From positions 6,004,029 through 6,068,028 of the forward strand of contig SMSO01000014.1 of the NCBI GenBank assembly GCA_004764695.1: DNA of 64,000 bases, written 5' to 3'. Within the stretch, counting starts at the first letter, position 1. Each line of letters starts with the position of its first letter. A program made the position numbers and the translations under genes. The notes under the pieces are model-generated. The model was not told the DNA's origin. It ran no database searches and saw only the letters and a program-made list of their open reading frames with translations. The stretch comes from Schizochytrium sp. TIO01 (lineage: Eukaryota > Protista > Bigyra: Labyrinthulomycetes). Shown here piece after piece: positions 32,536-44,403 of this stretch.

Positions 32536-34229
32536 TTCTGCAGCTGCCTCTGCTCCAAGCAGAATCACAGCACAGTGCCAGCGCAGCTACTCTGCATCGA
32601 CCAAGCAGGAACTGCTTGCTTATCTGAATTTCACTTTCGCCTCATGCGCTCTTTAAGCATGCGAAAAAGCTATCTGCATAGTGTGCACCACGGGTCTTCA
32701 GGTCCGTTTCCTAAAGCTTGCTTCACTGGACTTGTCCATTATAACGACTATCATTTAAAAGCCTTATTGGAAACCAAAGAGGGAAAAAAAATTGTATAGA
32801 TTGCCTTCCTTTTTCATGAATTTTTCTATCTGCAGTCTCACGTGCACCAATACATTTATGCTTCCCCTTTAAGATTCATTATTGTATAGTCGCGTTCATC
32901 TATCTCCGCAACGTAGATATCCAGAATAGCTAGACTAGTTTGTATGCAAATAGCAAACCACTCAGCCTCCAATATACTTTTAAGACTCACCCAAGATCTA
33001 AACTTTTGTTGGGTGCGGTATAGATAATTGAAACGAAGCGAGGTTTTTCAGGCGTCCTACTACCATACTCCTCATTCGTGATGGTAGTAATAGTTATAAT
33101 GCCCTTTTCCGCCATCCAGCATTCTGAATTTTCTGCTGCTCCTTGGGGTAGGTACTTCAGCTTAATTTTTCTTCCAAAATCAACTTTTATCCTGTTAACA
33201 AAGCCTTGGGAAGCAGAATAGACACTTCGTGCTAACTTTACGTGCGTTTGTCATTCTGTCGACGAGCAGCTTTAGAATACCATGCACGTATTTACAATAT
33301 CCTCACAAAGACTATCGCAATTGGCTTCCACCAATCTCGAATTCACATTGAAAAGAATGTCACTATTCTTCACTTTCTTGCCTCGCGCGTCACACCAGTC
33401 TCCCGCTGCATTACGCAACTCGTAACGGATATATTTGGCCTTCCTTCTTTTACTTTTAGGCAGGCCAGTCTTCGAGGGGAGACCATGCGAGAAAACAATA
33501 ATTCAAATGCATGCGCGCTAATTTGATCATACTCCTACATACGCATAGGCCTATGCGATCACGAAGTGGGTTCAGAGCGTGCTGCATAGTCAAGTCAAGT
33601 GATTTCAAGTAATTCCTAGAATTATTAAACGTTTCAACAAAACAAAAACAAAAAACAGCGAAAAGGGTAAGTAGAAAGATGTGAAACTTATGTGTATTTT
33701 ATTCAGAGAAATGATGTGGGGAGTGAAAGTAAGAGCGCGATAGAGAAAAGTGGGTTAAAGCGACGCGAGCACGCTGCGAACAAGATCAAGGGCGTGCTGC
33801 TAAACATGATCATAGGCAGGCTGTAAGGCCGGCAGACAGAAATCAGCACAAGGAATAAAACAAGGCTTGAGATAGCTATCGCAGCATTAAAATATATGCC
33901 ATGAGGCGATCTTCTGTGAGTGCGACGGGGTTCACGCAGCGGTTAGATTATAAGGAAAATGAAAATCAAAGAGAGGAAGGGGAGTTACCCCGTATCCAGT
34001 GTTCAGCATTTCGCTAAACTGACTGAACCGGGCGGAATCAGATATAGAAATAGCTGTCCGCGAGACTCAACCCTGTCTCTATTTGCTTCCAAGTCGCTCT
34101 TTACAACAAAAGAGAGTATCCTTCGCGGAGTCCAATGTCAAGGAACTGTACCACAATGATGAGCCAATACAAAAAGTAAGGGTTAGTAATCTGCAACATA
34201 TATACAAGAACTAGCTCAATATCGGCACA

Positions 34230-34680
34230 TCATGAGAGCCCTAAATGAAAACTTACTTGGGACTGCTGCATAGTCTTGACGGATTTGAAGGAGCTGTTAT
34301 CGCGGTGGACGACGGCGACAGCATTGTAGTCATACACAATGTAAGAACCGTCTTCAACGCAAGCCTCGACTTCACCTGCGCAGTTGAAGTACACGCGAAC
34401 CTGGGCGGCCTCGTGTTCCTTGGCAGCAGGGAGAACCTCAAAGGTGCCGTGGGTATCGCGAGCTGTCTTGATGAACTCGCACCATCCGCGGAAGAGCGAT
34501 GCGCTTGTTGTCGCGGATTTTGCGAATAACCTCTGAACGGCCTCCGTTCAGGCGAAACTTAAACTTGGGCACCGGTTTGCTCGGCGTAATCACCGCTAGT
34601 GCGTCTTCGATGGGCTCCTCTGACCACGTCATGTAAAGCGTGCCAAGGCTGGTAACATCAAAGGTCAAATAGCACGCCAT
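34230..34680 (-). CDS. Immune-mapped-protein (IMP1/IMP2)-like protein; apparent +1 frameshift near 34490-34521; 3' end may be spliced
   Basis: MACYLTFDVTSLGTLYMTWSEEPIEDALAVITPSKPVPKFKFRLNGGRSEVIRK, continuing in the +1 frame as LFRGWCEFIKTARDTHGTFEVLPAAK...YNAVAVVHRDNSSFKSVKTMQQSQ. This matches my recollection of the IMP domain. GTAAGT after QQSQ may be an intron donor; otherwise the stop is at 34230-34232. Confidence 0.7.
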
Positions 34681-35514
34681 CTTGCAGTGATGTTGGCCAA
34701 CAGAAGCAATCCGAACGGGTCCTTCTTAACACTGCTCGTTGATTTTATTTTTTTCTCTGACTCGTCAAATTACCAGCAAGCTCTAGAACCAGCGAGTTTT
34801 AGGCCTGTTTTCTGGTTTTGACTTTGACCGCCCTTGAAGTTCGTGCGGGTTTTGTATTTAAGAAATATATGTAAAAAGGTAAATACTCCTTTCTTAGCTG
34901 ATCACCAATGCAGACTGCGAACTGAGACACCCTCTGTCTGAGTCTCGCAAGTGCTATAGGCAGGCAGGTCGCCTCACCCCTTCAACTTCAGTCAAGTGGC
35001 GCCTTGAACTCCGGTCCTTTCTCGCAGGCAAAGCGGCTCTTGAGTTGCGGGTTTGCCAGCCCAGAGAAGGACCTATCCATGACAAAGAAAAACCAAAAGA
35101 ACAACTCGATATAAGGAAGTACCACGGTATTTTTAAAGAAAATTAAAAAAAAAAATGTCAAAAACCTTCTTTATTAACTTAAAACCCCCAAAAAGCAGAC
35201 TCGGAAAACAGAAACAGAGTAGAAAATGAAAGGAAAGAATGACTCAGAAAGAGTCTAAACGAGAGAAAGCGAAAAGAAAAGGGAGTAGGAAAGACAGGAA
35301 AAGAGGGTCGGTCCGCAATGTTATTTTAATACACCGTCTCAAATGCCTCCTCCTCCTCCTCGTGGCGTAATAAAATACGCGACGTGAACTTGACGGCCTT
35401 TGACCTGTACAGTAAGTAAGAAGAAGGTAATTTCACGCTTCGGCAGAGGGAGTGCTTTAAGAATCGTGCAGGTGCTACTTGTCAGCTTTTATATAGTTTT
35501 TTCGAAGGTATTGT

Positions 35515-35635
35515 TTATTCATTCATTCACTCATTTGTTTATTTGTTTGTTTTTGTTTGTTTATTTGTTTGTTTATTTGTTTCTTTGTTTGTTTCTTTGT
35601 TTGTTTTGTTTAGTTGTAGTCACTCACTCACTCAA
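35515..35635. repeat. Low-complexity TTTG/TTTA tract followed by (CACT)n
   Basis: Direct reading. Confidence 0.85.
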
Positions 35636-38600
35636 TCGCCGATCGCTCCAATGCCTGGGCGCACGCCCATCTCGGCGGAGTGTGTGCGAAAACGAACCAG
35701 AGCTGATTGGCCTCGAAGAAGTTGCGCTGAAGGCAACTCGAAAAGCCTATCACGACCATCTCCAAATCGACCTTGGCTCAAGTCAGTTTCTGTAGTTCAC
35801 AATCTCATAAGTGATTTGAGCAGACTATCCGTAACTAACTACCTGGAAAGCAAAGTATTCTGACAGCGACCAATCTCAGGGCGCGTTTGGGTTTCTTTCC
35901 TTCGGTCTTGAATGTTCTTCTTGGCAGACACAGCGATCGATTTAGTGCAGCGACGCATAGCTCTGCAAGCTCAAGCTTTACGACTGTGCTGGCGCTCTGG
36001 CAGCTGCATGTTTCCTTCGATCGCGAGTTGCGGTCGTGATTCATATAAAGGCGCTTCTGAGCTGCACGTGTCGCATTCTATGTGGTGCTTTGGGAAGAGA
36101 CCTTGCCCAGAGTTTCTGCCAGTGGAGCTACCCCCCAGCTGCGGGCATATCTGTAAAGGAATGCAACGGACCCAGACCTGTTCCCACTGCCACCGCATCG
36201 AACCTTCGCTAAAGAGTGTATTGTCGGATGTAACTCCCACAGCTCAAAAATACATGTTAAATTCTATACAGAAGTTATCAGTGGGAGCAGGAGGAAGAGG
36301 GTATTTTGCGAGGTAGTAGAGAGGGTGCGTCGAGGGGAACAGGAGGCGAAAGGATGCGGCAGTCCCGCCGTGAATTTGCGCGTAGTCTTGTATGGGCATG
36401 TGCATATTAAATTGGGAGTGTGCTCGTACCGAAGAAAAGATGAATGTCTTCGCTCATTTTGCCACGCTCGCAGTGGTCGATGATCCCTCGCTCGTGTACG
36501 ACCTGAAGCGTGGCGCACGCCCAATTGGCAGCCGCCATAGGTTAAGGTCCTCACGGGTTCTGAGCTGCGAAATGCCAGTAAATTGTATTAGTTAGGACCG
36601 TTGAAGTTCACGTGGTCGTAGGCCCGAGTTCGTGCTGCAGAGCTCGATAAGTCACGGCGCACACCCTGATGGTGAGATCGCTCGCTCGTTCACGCGCTTG
36701 CACAAAACTTGGCACCATGGTTTGTCACACGATAGCAAGGATATCACCAAACCAAGATGCTTTGGCGCCTTCGGCTCGTGCACGCTTCCGCAAGCATGAT
36801 CTCGATGAAAACTTGAACCTCAGGTCGTGATAAATGATCAAACTACAGGTTGGTTTTCGGCAACGTTCACGAATGAGCTGGGTACCTACTATACATGGCC
36901 GGTCTGCACTAGTTCTTGCAGAAGAGGCGAAAAGAGGGGATATGAATGGACAGTATCTGAGAGAATTTCTGCACTCTGCTGACGATCGTAGTAACATTGC
37001 CAATAGCATTGCAGCGGAAATCGTGATTGTGATTCATGGTAGAGTTAGACTCTTACAGAGACGAAATGGCACAGAGATCGCAGTGAAAATGTTTCCTCAA
37101 GTTGTGATTCACGTGCTTACTGTGACTATCGTAGAGACAGCAACATTCTGTATGTGAGGTACCGACTGGGAATTCTGTCCTATAACCGTTTGATGGCTGC
37201 TCCCACGCTGGAGCTTCTTACCGTGCATGAGCGAGGGAAGTCTGTACGATGATTGCCTGGAGCGGAGCGATTGAGCGGGACTTGTCCGATTCTAATGATG
37301 GATAGCAATATATAGAAGTAGTAGGAAAAGTGCGATTCAAAGAGATGATCCCAAGGACTCAATTAAGGTCGTACATACCCTCTAGAGAATCGCTCCTTCA
37401 GCTTATGTAGCAACGAGCAGAGAAACTGCGCACGTGACGTGTACAGGATTTTTTGCTTTAGCTTTGCTTTACCTCCGTTTTGTTTTCGCTTTGTATCTGG
37501 AAAAGTATTTATATTGCAAATGCACTTTAAAACCCGCGTTGATACCTTTGAGGTTCAACCTTCGACTAGAGTACCACGTTTGGTTTCCTTTATTCATGTT
37601 TGACCTAAAGTAGGTATGATCCCTTTATCTGGGGAAAACCCAAGCAAATATATATCAATGTATAAGGTGAGAATTATTAGAAATTGCAGGTAACCTACAA
37701 ATCCTTCAGCTCTTGAACCAAAAAAGCTTGTGGGTTTGTCGACTCTACCTCGTAGGTCGGTCACACCTGCAGAAGCGCGTTCTACTACTTGCAGACTTTT
37801 GAAAAAATGTTTCTGATTGAACCCGAACACCGCAAAACTATCTTATACGTACCTACCTACTTGTGACACCACAACAACACGCTAAAATTAAAACCATGCA
37901 CCGGAACACATCAGAAAGAATAAACTTCCCAGCAATATCTCTTCGGTGTGCTCAAAGTATTTACATTATTAAGGGTACATCCCAGCAGTAGATAATTGCG
38001 TTAGATAGGTCTTGACACTGCGCATACTGGTTGCCCGTCTTCATTTTATGAGCAAGACTCCGTCTCGAATACCTCATTAGTGGTTCTGCTTCATTAAAAC
38101 AGAGACCTGTGCCTAATCATGAGCAAGTTCTCATTCAACTTTATGATTTGTTGTTGAAGTCGTCAGGCTGGCGGAGCAGATGTAGGTGGAAATCACCTGA
38201 AAACACGAAATCTTGTGCTTGCGGTTGTTCGCGATACTTCCACATAGTTTTTGCGTACTTACCCTCCCCAACCTTTTGCAATGAATTGTTGGTTTGGTTA
38301 CCTATAGACGACGATAAGGAGCACATCCTAGCATAATGCCATAGCTTGCAGCGTTCTGGATCCTAGTTCGGTAGTATACTACCATGACATGATAGGCCTT
38401 TCTTGATTAATTGTGATTCACCGTGATAAGAAAATTATGAAATGAAAAGTAATTCATCAAAAGATTGATTTCCAAACCTCAGACAATTTAACACAAACGC
38501 AGTTGACGCAGTGAACGCAGGAAAACCTAACCGGGTTCAGGGGACCCAGTCGCATTAGGGTTTCTAAAGCAGTAGTCCACGCAAGACTGTTGCGGTGCAC

Positions 38601-38678
38601 ATCTCACTGACGTCTAACCAGAAGCCCCTGAAGAATTGCAGCACCAGATCTTCAAGGACGAGGACAACTGATCGACCC

Positions 38679-38776
38679 AGACCTTAATTGCATAGAGCGA
38701 GCGCCGGAGTCGTAGCGCAACAAAAGACCTTGATTGCATAGAGCAAGCGCCGGAGTTGTCAGCTCAGCAAAAGACC
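38679..38776 (+). repeat. Imperfect 46/47-bp tandem duplication immediately upstream of MmpL ATG
   Basis: AGACCTTAATTGCATAGAGCGAGCGCCGGAGTCGTAGCGCAACAAA (38679-38724), then AGACCTTGATTGCATAGAGCAAGCGCCGGAGTTGTCAGCTCAGCAAA (38725-38771), then AGACC-ATG. Confidence 0.9.
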
Positions 38777-41700
38777 ATGGGTAAGGGCAACAACCAAGGC
38801 CATGACAGTTCTAGGGAAAATGAACATCGAGACCGTTTCTACGAATGTGATGGTGATGAACAGGGTGAAGAAGACGATCAAAGTTATTCAAGAGATTGCG
38901 ATGTAGAGATCCATGGAGATGAAAATTTGGATTTTGATGCAGAGGAACATAGAGACGAGCTTGGACCCTTAAATTCGCGCCTACTTATTGATGAGGAAGA
39001 GGACGACGCCGAAAATGGTACATCAGATCAGATACAAGAGACTACTGCCTTCACACAATGGTATATTCACTGGTTGCGTCGCTTACGAAAGTGGGTCATA
39101 GCCTTTTGGCTACTCATGTTTGTGGTTGGTTGTGTATTTGCACCTAAATTCCTCGATGTAGTGCTTTTGGTCTTTGAACCACCTGAGGGGACGCTAGGCG
39201 CAACTGCCAAGGCGAAGCTCGAAACAGAATTTCCTGGTATGTCTCATGAATCAGACACACTTGTATTGATGCGAACTACAGATCGTTCCCCGATCCTTAA
39301 TGTGCCTTCCTTGCGCCCATTCATCCAAGAACTCTCAATAAATGTTGTACAATGGGGACGTAATGTTGCTGTTCCTCAAACAGAGTTTGAGACTATTCAT
39401 TTCTTTTTCTTGAGGTCTCTCGCTTCGCATACCCTATCGCATGCGTTGTTAGACAACTCTACACATCCAGAGCAAGCCACAGCAATGATTGCAACTTTGC
39501 ACTTGAAAAGTGGTTTCAAACAGGGCTCAATGGAAGGGCAAAGATTCTGCAATTGGCTTGATCTCGAAGTAGAGCGCTTACGTATTAAACACCTTCGTAA
39601 TTCAACTGTCAAGGTTGGCTCAACAGGAATGCTGCCTTTCGTTAGAGACATGCAACAAGGCACCGAAGAAGATATGATCCATATGGACAGTCTTTCCTTC
39701 CCGCTCGCGCTTGGTGTTCTTGCTTACATGTTACGATCCATTCGGCTTCTGCTTATCCCAATTGTAAGCATGCTGTTATCCATTGTAGTATCCTTCACTA
39801 TCATGTACCCTATCGCCCTTTCAACAACTGTCATTGCCATTGCGCCAAGTACAATGATGTCGGTTGCGGTAGCATTCTCCATTGACTATTCGCTGTTCCT
39901 TTTGAGTTCTTTTCGTCGTGAGATCATGCGAGGCGCTAGTGAACTGGACGCAGTTCTAGTTATGTCAGACACAGCTGGGCACACGATCATGGTTAGTGGC
40001 GCAACTATTGCAATTTGCTGGTTTGGTTTGCTGTTCTTTCCGGTCACCCTCCTATCTACTATTGGCCTCGGAGCGGGTCTTACCGTAGTTGTTGCGTTCT
40101 TGGTTAATATCTCATTGACCCCTGCACTACTTCTCACGTTTGGCGGATTTTTCACAAACTTTGAGTTCTTTGGTTGTCAAGGAGTATGTGACGCATTGGC
40201 AAGACTCCCTTGTAGTCGGATTTTTGTGAGTCGCCCTCAAAACAAAGACCAAGTAGTGAATGACTCTGATGCTGGTATAGACACACGTGGGTTGTTAGAT
40301 AACCAGCATGATTATTATGAGTCGCAAGCTGATAATGGCCACCAACACCCAGTTCGCCAAACGGAGCATAGTCATTTTGATCTTGAGGACGAAACGGAGT
40401 CTGCCTCTGGTCTCATGGGCACCAGAACCCACCAACACCCCATGCGATCACCTCAGCTCTCTCGTTTTGCGACACCACCACTGCCAACGCCAAGTAGTTG
40501 CCCCCCATCGGTACAGTCAGATGGCACTGTTGGACAAATTACAAGCCCAGTCTTTGGATTAGTAGATCCTGTCGCTGAAATCCACTATTTGCGCAAAACA
40601 TCGAGCTGGTTTTCCTGCGGAGAGCGCATGTATGGGACACCACTTCGGGCTTTAACAGCTATCATAGTTGTGTGCGCTGCCATCTTGCCCTTGACACCAA
40701 CCAGCCTTTCATTTCATCACAGCGAGGACTTCAAGCTTTTCACGCCAAGTTCTTCGTTGGCATCGAAGACTGCTATTGAAATGGAGAAGCGTTTCGGTGG
40801 CGGGCGCCTTGCGCCTTACGAATTAATTATCGAACCCGACGAAAATATCTCTGTTATGAGCAATCACTTTTTCCGTCATGTTCAAAGCGTTTTACATAAT
40901 GTCATTATGAACCTTGACTACGGGGAAAATAAGCCTGTAGCACTTAAACCTGATGGTGTTTCAGGGCCCATGATGCTAGGTGGCGCTAATATCTCGTTTC
41001 TACCCACTGTCAAAGACCCTCAAGAACAGCTTTCTGTTGCAGGTTGTATTGTCAAAGATCTTGGATATATTCCAATTGCATTTAGTGTGTGCACGAACAG
41101 TCACTGTACGGACGCATTGGCAGCTTGCCGGCAAGAGCAAAATTGTGAACGAGATCTTGAGTGTTTTGATGACTGTATGTCATCTTCAAGTTCTATATTT
41201 GATGAAATGGTTTGCTTGACTGAGTGCGCCGTAATGATCGATCGCAAATCAAATGTAACAAGAAACCTTGGTACATGCGTTCTAGAAGAGTGTATTGAGC
41301 ACCCGTTTAAGCCCAGTTTAAACGAAACCGGCGTCTTGCAGCGCAGCAGAAGGGAGGATGAGAGTTTGTATATGCAGTCCGTTGCTGCTCGCTCCTTGAC
41401 TGAGTTTACCGATGATGTACTTTTTCATATCAAGATTTAAAACACCCAGACTGCCCGAGTGTAACTCTTCAGTTTATTGAATCTGTACATGGACGGAAAT
41501 TATGGCCACGGAGTATGTGCATCATGCTGAATTTAGTCATTGATCCATTTAGTCAAGATGGCGTATCTTGGCTTGACTCTGTTCGCGAGGCACTTGCAGT
41601 TCAATCTGCAAAAGATGGTTACAGGTATTACTTGAGTGGCGGTGATGTTTCAGGCCATGATACTGTGAACAAAGTGTTTGAGCTTTTCCCCCGGGTTTTG

Positions 41701-42273
41701 TCGATTCTCGCTAGTGCTATCTTGCTCATTCTAGGTGTGTCATATCGAAGCCTTGCCGTGCCAATGACTGCCGTATTCACAATTTCTCTCACCCTGATTC
41801 TTGTTTACGCCCTTGGCGTTTTGGTCTATGAGCATGGTGCCCTCGAATTCCTTGGAATACGTGCTCTCCGAAATCCCATTGGTAACTCTCTCGTGTGGAT
41901 TGTACCTGCGCTTAGTGCTGTCGTAAGTAGTGGGCTATCCACTGATTACACAGTGTTTGGAGTTGATGCTGTACACCATTATCGGTCTGTCGGATTCACA
42001 ACACGGGACTCGATTTTATGTGGCAATGGTCAGACCGGAGGTATAATTACTGCCGCAGGTATTATAATGACGTTTGCTTTCGCTGGGCTCTCGCTCTCAA
42101 GCAATGCAGCTCTCAACCAGCTAAGCTTTTTCCTGGTCGCATCTGTTTTAGCAGATACTTTTGTTATTCGTACAATTCTAATGCCTGCGATTATGGTGAT
42201 TCTCAATGAAAAAAATTGGTGGCCCATGCGCCCCGCGACTATTGGCTATGAAAGGTCTTCTTTAAACCATTGA
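38777..42273 (+). CDS. MmpL-family RND transporter; apparent -1 frameshift at T5 run 41421-41425
   Basis: ATG at 38777. Two TM repeats with RND motifs FSIDYSLFLLS, AGHTIMVSGATIAICWFGL, GLSTDYTVF, TGGIITAAGIIMTFAFAGL and DTFVIRTILMPAIMVILNEKNWWP. Adding one T at 41421-41425 joins the two track ORFs (VLFSYQDLKHPDCPSVTLQFIES...). Confidence 0.9.
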
Positions 42274-42815
42274 TAGGCTTTTGGACCCATTTTCTCGTTG
42301 CCAAAGTTACATTTATTATTATGATTATCAAATAATCCCCATGAGTTTGCGCCGGATTGCTTATTTCAATCTGTGGCTATAAGAAGAAAAGAGAAGATTC
42401 ATTTTTCAGATAATAATCTATGCTTTTATCCTACGATAGTCAGTCTTGTTCGCAACTGTTTCATTATTTGCAGTGCTCTTTCTCTGTCTCTCTTCTTAAG
42501 ACGTGTCTTGGAAACGAATAGAAAACTGTCACAACCTCAATGTCCTTTCTCCATAAACTTAAGAAATTATGGTATAATTCTACTACTAGTCCTAATCCAG
42601 AAGCTATAGGCATGAGGCTTGTTCCTCCTTCCACATCCAGCTTCGAAATACATCATGCTATGAAGGTTTGATCAAGAAAGAAACAAAAAATACCAAGATA
42701 CGATGTCCCGTATCCCGTGCAAACGATCATCCGAACAGTCCATCTGTATAAGTCAACTAGCGCGAATTTTACTCTGCTACTACACATATTTTATTGGCAA
42801 ACCCATCCACTCTCC

Positions 42816-43796
42816 TCACATAGTCTGTTCAGGCGCAACATTTGGATCATGGTGGTGATGTTCAATGTGAACGGGACTATCGATGAGTGGAGCAAAGTGA
42901 AATACTCGCAAAAGAAGCAAATCAAGGTTGACTATGAGAGGGTGCCAAACAACGAGAAATCGTAGAACTCCAAGGAGACGAATCCATAATACAGAAACAC
43001 GGCGTGAGTTCCACGGGACCTCGGGGATTAAGGATTTGAGATCAACTTTTTCAGAACATAATGCGCAAGTATCCTTCTTGCCAACAATAGCCCAACCTCG
43101 TAGGCAGTGTTCATGAAACTCATGACCACACTGCAATTTAAAGACGGTGCGATGCTTGCGTTCGCGATCCTCATCATTGTCACTAGCCATAAGTTCTAAC
43201 ATTGGCTGTAATTCATTGTCACACAAGGCACACAAATTGCGAGGGGGGGTGTCGTATTTAGTATAGCCTACAGTGTTTGATATATAATCCGTGGCAATTT
43301 CTGCCAAGTCGCGACCTAGTACAGCAAAGTACAGTGCAAAAAAGAGCACCGAGAAGCATAAAGAGGGAAGGAACAAGAAGAGATAGATTGAGGATGTTCC
43401 AAGTAAATAGCAAATAGTATGCGTCTGCAAGAACCAAGAGTACACCCTCTCAGGCGTATCACGTGCGAGCGTTTTTGCTCTTGAAAGTTGCAGCAGGTGA
43501 AATGTGCGTGCCGACCAAGCAATCCATGTACCCATAAGTAATATTGACGTCACATCGATCCGGCGATGAATCACCAGTAGAGGGTACAGCCACAAGAAGA
43601 GCAACGTAATCTCCTGAAACCTCTTTGGGTATCGGGATCGTAACTTCAATACAACAACCTGAAGAACTACCACACCCACTAAGAAAGCGTATGCCGTGAG
43701 CTGTCGCTCTTCTATCTCTTGCTGTGACAACACACGGCCTTCGTCCGTCACAACGACCAGGTCGTCGTGAGGCCCAGTTGGATGTTCCACACCCAT
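42816..43796 (-). CDS. Multi-pass membrane RING-H2 E3 ligase (RNF121/RNF175-like)
   Basis: TM helices, LYFAVLGRDLAE, RING CALC...CGHEFHEHCLRGWAIVGKKDTCALCSEKVDL, C-terminal LRFLVVWHP. Confidence 0.9.
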   Translation of the reverse strand: MGVEHPTGPHDDLVVVTDEGRVLSQQEIEERQLTAYAFLVGVVVLQVVVLKLRSRYPKRFQEITLLFLWLYPLLVIHRRIDVTSILLMGTWIAWSARTFHLLQLSRAKTLARDTPERVYSWFLQTHTICYLLGTSSIYLFLFLPSLCFSVLFFALYFAVLGRDLAEIATDYISNTVGYTKYDTPPRNLCALCDNELQPMLELMASDNDEDRERKHRTVFKLQCGHEFHEHCLRGWAIVGKKDTCALCSEKVDLKSLIPEVPWNSRRVSVLWIRLLGVLRFLVVWHPLIVNLDLLLLRVFHFAPLIDSPVHIEHHHHDPNVAPEQTM

Positions 43797-44403
43797 GGCC
43801 GCGAAGTTATCTATTCTGCTTCAAACCTCACCTAGTCGTAGGCCTGCTCACTGACGTAGACCACGACCAGCTACCTTGCAGTTGTGGATCCTCCAAACAA
43901 AGCCTGAAATTTAATCGAAAGTACCCGTATACCCGAACTTCATCGACTTTCATTCATCACACGCCGTGGCACAACACTAAAACGTTGTGGTATTAATAGT
44001 TGTATACTATATCTACGCATAGTCCTAGCTAGGTCTATAACGAGTTAGAACTCAGTTCGGCAAGGTTCAAGGTTCATCATAGTATTGGAGTTAGATCAAG
44101 AGTGCTGAAAGGAATTTAAAACTTGATTAAAATTGCAAGGCTCAAAAGTTTCTTAAAAGTTGAAGGACTTTGTGAAATTGAACTACAGGGTTGGCTGCAA
44201 GCAGCCCGCAGAGATTTTATTAGGGTCAAAAGACGAAGAATGTAAAATGATGATTTAGTGCGGATTGACTTTGCAGTAACTATACCCCTAAATCCCTCTT
44301 CTTGATTGCAAAATAGAGTATCATAATATACGTGAAAAATTCACGATGAGTCTATCATATTGAAGTGCAGACTTTGCTTTCAATCGATTTTTTATTTCTT
44401 TTT

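Noticed and set aside
38521-38564. GAAAACCTAA...TTAGGGTTTC, a telo-box-like short inverted repeat
   Set aside because: Single 10-bp imperfect instance, not a telomeric array; compatible with chance.
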